Origin: Thermodesulfovibrionia bacterium
GTDB lineage: Bacteria > Nitrospirota > Thermodesulfovibrionia > UBA6902
Assembly (NCBI GenBank): GCA_030646035.1
Contig: JAUSMY010000046.1
Span: forward strand, 73,072-137,071
Direction: 5' to 3'
DNA: 64,000 nucleotides
How positions within the stretch are numbered: position 1 is the first letter of the stretch; every line of letters starts with the position of its first letter. The notes below the pieces were generated by a model. The model saw only the letters and a list, made by a program, of their open reading frames with translations. It was not told the DNA's origin and ran no database searches. Position numbers and translations under genes: made by a program. Positions 58,852 through 64,000 of the stretch are shown here, one piece after another.

Positions 58852-59592
58852 TTATTTTCCCGTCAATATCTGGTACCACATTCTTAGACCTGTTATTGCG
58901 ATAATAACGGCAATTGCCAGGCGGAGGTATTTGGTATTTACTTTCTTACTCATCTTCCCGCCGAATTGCGCCCCCGGTATTGTGCCGATGACAAGCGCTA
59001 TCGCATATGGCCATAGTATCTGTCCGGTAGTCATCTTGCCTATGGTTCCCATGAGTGCGCCCAGAAAGACGATTCCAAGCGTACTGCCTATTACAATGCG
59101 TGTCGGAATGTTAAGCAGATATATCATTGCCGGGATGTAGATGAAAGCTCCCGGCGCACCGACCATGCCGCCGAAAGTGCCTATCAAAAGGCTTAAGAAT
59201 ATCGCAAGCGGTTTGTTATATTGAAGGTCATCAGGTGAGATATCCTCTCCCTGCTCACGCTTTGGAATGAACATTGTCACTGCAGCTATAACAGCCATTG
59301 TAGCAAAGATAGCTAACAGGAAAGAGCTTTTGGAAGTTTTTGAGAAGAGAGAACCTGCAAGATTACCTATGGCATTGCATACTCCCATGTAGAGAAGGAG
59401 AGACTTGCTCACAAAACGGTTTTTATTATGAACGATAACAGCTGTCAGGGATGCTGACAGCACCTGCACCATACTGATGGCGGCAACCTGCTTCATGTCA
59501 AACTGCCCGACACCGACCAGGCCGAGCAGTCCGGATAAGAAACCTCCGCCAAGACCGAGTATTACGAGTGTGATCAATAATTGTATTTCCAT
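58852..59592 (-). CDS. TauE/SafE sulfite exporter family protein (possible in-frame deletion in TM1-2)
   Basis: GFLSGLLG, GGMVGAPGAFIYIP, IGSTL, GAQFGGK.S motifs. Confidence 0.85.
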   Translation of the reverse strand: MEIQLLITLVILGLGGGFLSGLLGLVGVGQFDMKQVAAISMVQVLSASLTAVIVHNKNRFVSKSLLLYMGVCNAIGNLAGSLFSKTSKSSFLLAIFATMAVIAAVTMFIPKREQGEDISPDDLQYNKPLAIFLSLLIGTFGGMVGAPGAFIYIPAMIYLLNIPTRIVIGSTLGIVFLGALMGTIGKMTTGQILWPYAIALVIGTIPGAQFGGKMSKKVNTKYLRLAIAVIIAITGLRMWYQILTGK

Positions 59593-59636
59593 AGTTTTTT
59601 TATCTCTCCTATAGAGTTAATTTGTATATAGATATC

Positions 59637-60882
59637 TCAACGCCGTATTTTTTTGTAATCACCGTACATGGTCTTTTCAAGAAGCATGGCCATTGGTTTT
59701 TTTAAAAACGATTCTGACAGCCAGTGTTTTTCAAATATGACCTTTCCTAAATGCCACAATGGAGAAGGCTTGCGCATTTTTACCTGTGGATTCGGAGTAG
59801 CGTAGAAATTCCCGGAGCCGAACCCGGCTGTACCATCTCCGATCTCTATGAAACAGCCTCCTTCTCCCGTATATTCCGCTTTTTCTCCGATCCCCAAAAT
59901 CTCATTTGCAATATTTTCAGCCACAACTTTTGCTTCAAAATGGGCAAAAACCCCTGCCTTGGGAAGCATCAGAGGCATACCCGGCTTCCACTCTGGGTAT
60001 CTTGACCTTGGCTACATCTCCTATGGCGTAGACATTTTCAAATTGAGTTTTTAATGTATCTTTATCCGCTGGTATCCAGTCATCAGTCAATCCTGATTCT
60101 CTGATGACCTTGGGGGATTTGTGAGGAGGAACTACCAATAATAGATCATAGTTTGCCTTCCCTTTGTCAAAAGTTATTTCCTTTTGTTCTGCATCTATTG
60201 AGGCAACCTTGTGCTCAAAATTGTATTCTATTCCCGCTTCTCCAAGCATCTCTTTTATCATATTTCCCACAGCAGGCCCGGCAACCGGCATTGGCAGTGG
60301 TTCGGGAGCAAATATTTTCACATTAACATTATTTTCAAGGCCTCTCTTTCTAAAGATATCTTTCAGCAGGAAGGCGGTTTCATAGGGTGCAGCCGGACAT
60401 TTGTAAGGCATGGAAGAAACAAGGACTACTATGTTCCCGCCGGAGAAGTTCTTTATACTGTCTCTCGCTTTCAGTATCCCGTCTAATGTGTAAATATTGC
60501 AGGCATCTTTTTTTAAGGCGTCTTCAAGGCCTGGCACTGCATCGGGAAATAATGAAGCGCCGAGAGAGATCACAAGGTAATCATAGGCGATCTCTTTCTT
60601 TTCGGTTTTGACTGTTTTGTTTTGAGTATCGATCTTTACGATATCTTCATTTATAAGATCAATGCCGCTCTCGATCAGTCTTGAGATGTCTTTTTTGATT
60701 TCTTCCGGTTGTCTGTCTCCGCACATTACCCAGAGAAAGGAAGAGGCAGATATATGCTCTTTGCTTTTATCTACTATTATTATCTTGTGTTCATTTCCTA
60801 ATTTCTTCCTGAGATCATTAGCCGTAGTCAATCCGCCAACTCCTCCGCCTAAGACTACGATCGTTTTTCCATCGCTTCCCAT
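59637..60882 (-). pseudogene. sqr: sulfide:quinone oxidoreductase-like FAD oxidoreductase, frameshifted near 59995
   Basis: VVLGGGVGG, YDYLVISLGA, YKCPAAPYE, VYAIGD in one frame; EWKPGMPLMLPKAGVFA...GGCFIEIGDG in the next frame. Confidence 0.8.
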
Positions 60883-60924
60883 CTTTCCTCCTTTAATTTA
60901 TAAATGCATTATTGATCAGGATTA

Positions 60925-61272
60925 TTATCTCTTTCTTTTCCCGGGGTAGGTACCTTTTTTTGACACAGGGCAGCATTTGGGCCCGGGTAGATCCTCGGAA
61001 TATTCCTTATTTAATATATGAATGATATCCAATGCTAATGGACTCTTCAGGAAGTAGCATCTTAATCTGCCGTCAATAAAAAAATCGATGATCCCGGCGC
61101 TCCTGAGCTTTGACAGGTGCTGAGATATATTTGGCTGACTCACATTGTCAAGAAAGTCTTCGAAATCGCTTACGCACTTAACACCATTGGAGAGTTCGGT
61201 CAGGATTTTTATTCTGACAGGATGGGTAATGGCCTTGAGTATCTCAATACGCAACAATATATCTTTTGTCAT
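60925..61272 (-). CDS. ArsR/SmtB family transcriptional repressor
   Basis: LKAITHPVRIKIL, KCV, SQPNISQHLSKLR; extra C-terminal CC. Confidence 0.92.
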   Translation of the reverse strand: MTKDILLRIEILKAITHPVRIKILTELSNGVKCVSDFEDFLDNVSQPNISQHLSKLRSAGIIDFFIDGRLRCYFLKSPLALDIIHILNKEYSEDLPGPKCCPVSKKGTYPGKRKR

Positions 61273-61307
61273 ATTCAAATATTACGATATTTGCATATGA
61301 TTGTCAA
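61269..61307 (-). promoter_or_regulatory. ArsR operator (14-4-14 inverted repeat) overlapping a sigma70 promoter
   Basis: TCATATTCAAATAT-tacg-ATATTTGCATATGA (1 mismatch); TTGACA(61307-61302)-N17-TAATAT. Confidence 0.7.
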
Positions 61308-61494
61308 CTATATAATTTTTCGGGTGGCAAATCGGTGAAGAGGCTTTGATTACGAACGAATACTCCTGATCTATTTGCGATTTAATAATGCTTGATATTA
61401 TGTGTTGAATGCTTTATTCTTGTGTTCCATATAGAATATGAGAATATTTATTTTGTATAATAATTCAGTTTATTAATACAGCAAGGAGAATTCT

Positions 61495-62280
61495 TTGAAC
61501 TTTTTTGAGAAAATCGGTGACATGGTAATCTATTACCTTGATCAAGCAGGGATGATGGTCATATTTCTCTTTCAATCCCTTTATGCCTGCATCAAGCCGC
61601 CTTACAAAATAGCTCCTGTAGTAAAGCAGATATATGTTATCGGCGCTCTTTCCGTCTTTGTAGTTATTTTCACAGGACTTTTTTCCGGGATGGTGCTCGG
61701 TCTTCAGGGATTCAACACACTGAAAAAGTTCGGAGCTGAGGGGCTTTTGGGCTCAGCTGTTGCGCTCAGTCTGATAAGGGAACTGGGCCCTGTCTTAACC
61801 GCGCTTATGGTTACCGGACGGGCTGGCTCTGCTATCTGTGCTGAGATCGGCATAATGAGGAACTCCGAGCAGATAGACGCTCTTGAGTGTATGGCTATCG
61901 ATCCGTATAAATTCATAATATCTCCCAAGTTCATTGCAGGGATAATCTCCTTGCCGCTTTTGACAGCCATGTTTGATATTGTAGGGATATTCGGAGGATA
62001 CCTTGTAGGCGTCAAGCTCCTGGGCACGAATCAGGGGGCATTCTTTAATACGATGCTCACTGATGTGAAGTTTGACGATATTTATATGGGACTCGTGAAG
62101 TCTCTATCCTTCGGCCTCATTATTGTTTGGATCTCTTCTGCAATGGGTTACTTTGTTCATATGACAAGAGGAGGGGGCTTTGGAGCAGAGGGTGTAAGCA
62201 GGGTCACTACAAATGCTGTCGTCCTCTCGTCAGTCTCTGTTCTGGTCTTTGATTATTTCCTGACTTCCATGCTGATCTGA
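61495..62280 (+). CDS. mlaE: Mla lipid ABC transporter permease
   Basis: RELGPVLTALMVTGRAGSAICAEIGIM..EQIDAL, GAEGVSRVTT. Confidence 0.95.
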   Translation: MNFFEKIGDMVIYYLDQAGMMVIFLFQSLYACIKPPYKIAPVVKQIYVIGALSVFVVIFTGLFSGMVLGLQGFNTLKKFGAEGLLGSAVALSLIRELGPVLTALMVTGRAGSAICAEIGIMRNSEQIDALECMAIDPYKFIISPKFIAGIISLPLLTAMFDIVGIFGGYLVGVKLLGTNQGAFFNTMLTDVKFDDIYMGLVKSLSFGLIIVWISSAMGYFVHMTRGGGFGAEGVSRVTTNAVVLSSVSVLVFDYFLTSMLI

Positions 62281-63059
62281 TGATTGATAACAATTATATA
62301 ATACAACTGGTAGATGTTGAGAAATCTTTTGGTACTCAAAAGATACTCAAGGGCCTTAACCTCTCTGTAGTTGAGGGCAGGACTTCTGTTATCGTGGGCG
62401 GAAGCGGCCAAGGTAAGAGCCTAACCATAAAGCACATCCTCGGCCTGATGAAGCCTACAAGCGGCAACGTTTTTGTATATGGCAAGGATATTAACAAGAT
62501 AAGCAAAAAAGAGCTTAAGGATATAAGGTCTGAATTCGGCGTTCTCTTTCAGAACTCGGCACTTTTTGATTCAATGACGATATTTGATAACGTCGCCCTT
62601 CCTCTGAGAGAGCGAACAAAGATGTCAGAGGCTGAGATAAAAGATACTGTTAATGAATATCTGGAACTCATGGAGGTCAGGGGAGCGCATGAAAAGTTTC
62701 CTGCACAGGTCAGCGGGGGAATGAAGAAGAGGGTAGGGCTTGCGAGGGCGCTTGTTCTTAAACCCAAGATTATGTTCTTTGACGAGCCTACCACAGGCCT
62801 TGATGTGGCGATGAGCAATGAGATATACCGTATCTTTTTCCGCACACAGGCAAAGCTCGGGTATACAGCCATTATCGTCAGCCATGATGTGCCGAAGATA
62901 TTCAAACTGGCTGACTATGTCCTTCTCTTCCACGATGGTATTGTTGAAGAGAACCTTACTCCTGAGGAATTTCAGCTTTCAGACAAGCCTGTTATAAGAC
63001 AATTTGTCGAGACAACAATGGGAAGATTATATTCAAGTGAAATGGAGGATATTCAATGA
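62280..63059 (+). CDS. mlaF: Mla ABC transporter ATPase
   Basis: GGSGQGKS, FQNSALFDSM, SGGMKKRVGLARAL, DEPTTGLD. Confidence 0.95.
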   Translation: MIDNNYIIQLVDVEKSFGTQKILKGLNLSVVEGRTSVIVGGSGQGKSLTIKHILGLMKPTSGNVFVYGKDINKISKKELKDIRSEFGVLFQNSALFDSMTIFDNVALPLRERTKMSEAEIKDTVNEYLELMEVRGAHEKFPAQVSGGMKKRVGLARALVLKPKIMFFDEPTTGLDVAMSNEIYRIFFRTQAKLGYTAIIVSHDVPKIFKLADYVLLFHDGIVEENLTPEEFQLSDKPVIRQFVETTMGRLYSSEMEDIQ

Positions 63060-63502
63060 AGAAAATAAGCATAGAGACAATTGTAGGAATATTTCTGGTG
63101 TTGGGATTGGTCGCACTTGCTTACATGTCAGTGACGCTGGGCGGGGTAAGCCTTTTCGGCACAGACCAGTATAAGGTCAGTGCCCAGTTTGGAAACATCT
63201 CCGGCCTTACCAAGGACGCCACTGTAGAGATTGCCGGCGTCATTGTGGGGAAGGTAGCAAGTGTCAGTCTTAATGGTGATGACTATCAGGCAAAAGTGGA
63301 GATGCTTATAAACCCTAATGTGAAACTTCAGGAAGACACGATCGCGTCTATCAGAACGCAGGGGATAATAGGCGACAAGTATGTAAAACTTTCACCGGGC
63401 GCTTCTGAAGATCTTATAAAGGACGGCGGAGAGATAGTTGAGACGGAATCATCGCTTGTGCTTGAAGAGCTTGTAAGTAAATACATGTTTGATAAAAAGT
63501 AA
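63056..63502 (+). CDS. mlaD: MCE-domain protein MlaD
   Basis: F.NISGL...A.VEIAGV.VG.V, ASIRTQGIIGDKYV. Confidence 0.95.
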   Translation: MKKISIETIVGIFLVLGLVALAYMSVTLGGVSLFGTDQYKVSAQFGNISGLTKDATVEIAGVIVGKVASVSLNGDDYQAKVEMLINPNVKLQEDTIASIRTQGIIGDKYVKLSPGASEDLIKDGGEIVETESSLVLEELVSKYMFDKK

Positions 63503-63527
63503 ATTCTAATTATATTGAGGTGTGAGT

Positions 63528-64000
63528 ATGAAACTGGTCAGGTTGATTTTAATAAGTACTGTTTTTGTTTTTTCGCTTCAGATGTTTTCTTATTCGTTCG
63601 CAGGTGATTCTCCCAAGGCATCTTTGCAGACGACAATAGACGCTATTCTAGCTCTCTTGAGGGATAAATCACTTTCAACTTCTGACAAGAAGGAAGTCAG
63701 GCGTGAAAAGATAAGGGCTTTGCTGAATGAGCGCTTTGATTTTGCCGAGATGGGCAAACGCTCTCTTGCCAATCACTGGAAGGAACGCACGCCTGCTGAG
63801 CAGAATGAGTTTGTTTCTATATTTTCAGATCTCTTGGAGGCATCTTATATCGGCAAGATAGAGGGATATACAAATGAGAAGGTGACCTATGACAGTGAGA
63901 AGATAAAAAGCGAAGGCAAATATGGAGAGGTTGAGACATCCATAGTCACAGAAAAAGTTGATATCCCTATTTATTATAAGCTGATAAATAAAGACGGCAA
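63528..64000 (+). CDS. mlaC: periplasmic phospholipid-binding protein MlaC (runs off window end)
   Basis: signal peptide; RFDFAEMGKRSLANHWK...QNEFVSIFSDLL..SY; follows mlaD. Confidence 0.9.
   Translation, partial: MKLVRLILISTVFVFSLQMFSYSFAGDSPKASLQTTIDAILALLRDKSLSTSDKKEVRREKIRALLNERFDFAEMGKRSLANHWKERTPAEQNEFVSIFSDLLEASYIGKIEGYTNEKVTYDSEKIKSEGKYGEVETSIVTEKVDIPIYYKLINKDG

Noticed and set aside
3052-63772. Numerous 60-170 aa antisense or alternate-frame ORFs nested in long genes
   Set aside because: No recognisable motifs or RBS; expected shadows of the real coding frames

Overview
Chromosomal window from an anaerobic diderm bacterium. The gene set suggests Nitrospirota (Thermodesulfovibrionia-like) or Desulfobacterota, but this is inference only. 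Layout: (1) 1-2.9 kb: end of yraN, tRNA-Pro and tRNA-Arg, then small ORFs. (2) 2.9-9.2 kb: housekeeping genes on the minus strand (split transketolase, a 26-codon ftsE remnant, ftsX, envC, ctpA) and a TPR lipoprotein. (3) 9.3-51.8 kb: a ~42 kb extracellular-cytochrome locus. It has a sigma54-type promoter, an NHL/PKD surface protein and four giant secreted multiheme c cytochromes (about 97 CxnCH motifs by hand count, built from a CX2CH-CX2CH-CX4CH module). It also has its own ResB/CcsA heme ligase split by an inverted protein O-glycosylation cassette, three cobalamin-dependent radical SAM enzymes, a LuxE-like acyl-protein synthetase and a compact T2SS/MSHA-like secretion system. Palindromic REP-like repeats are interspersed, two unrelated families of which share a 22-nt insert. 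(4) 51.9-61.3 kb: an ArsR-led sulfur/selenium operon (frameshifted SQR-like, TauE, DsrE, MMPL, LolA-like, methyltransferase, OM barrel) ending in two adjacent probable selenoproteins that the ORF track misses or truncates: a NEPxGxxU thioredoxin-like protein and a YeeE with in-frame UGA plus SECIS-like hairpin. (5) mlaEFDC. All motif counts and alignments were done by eye.
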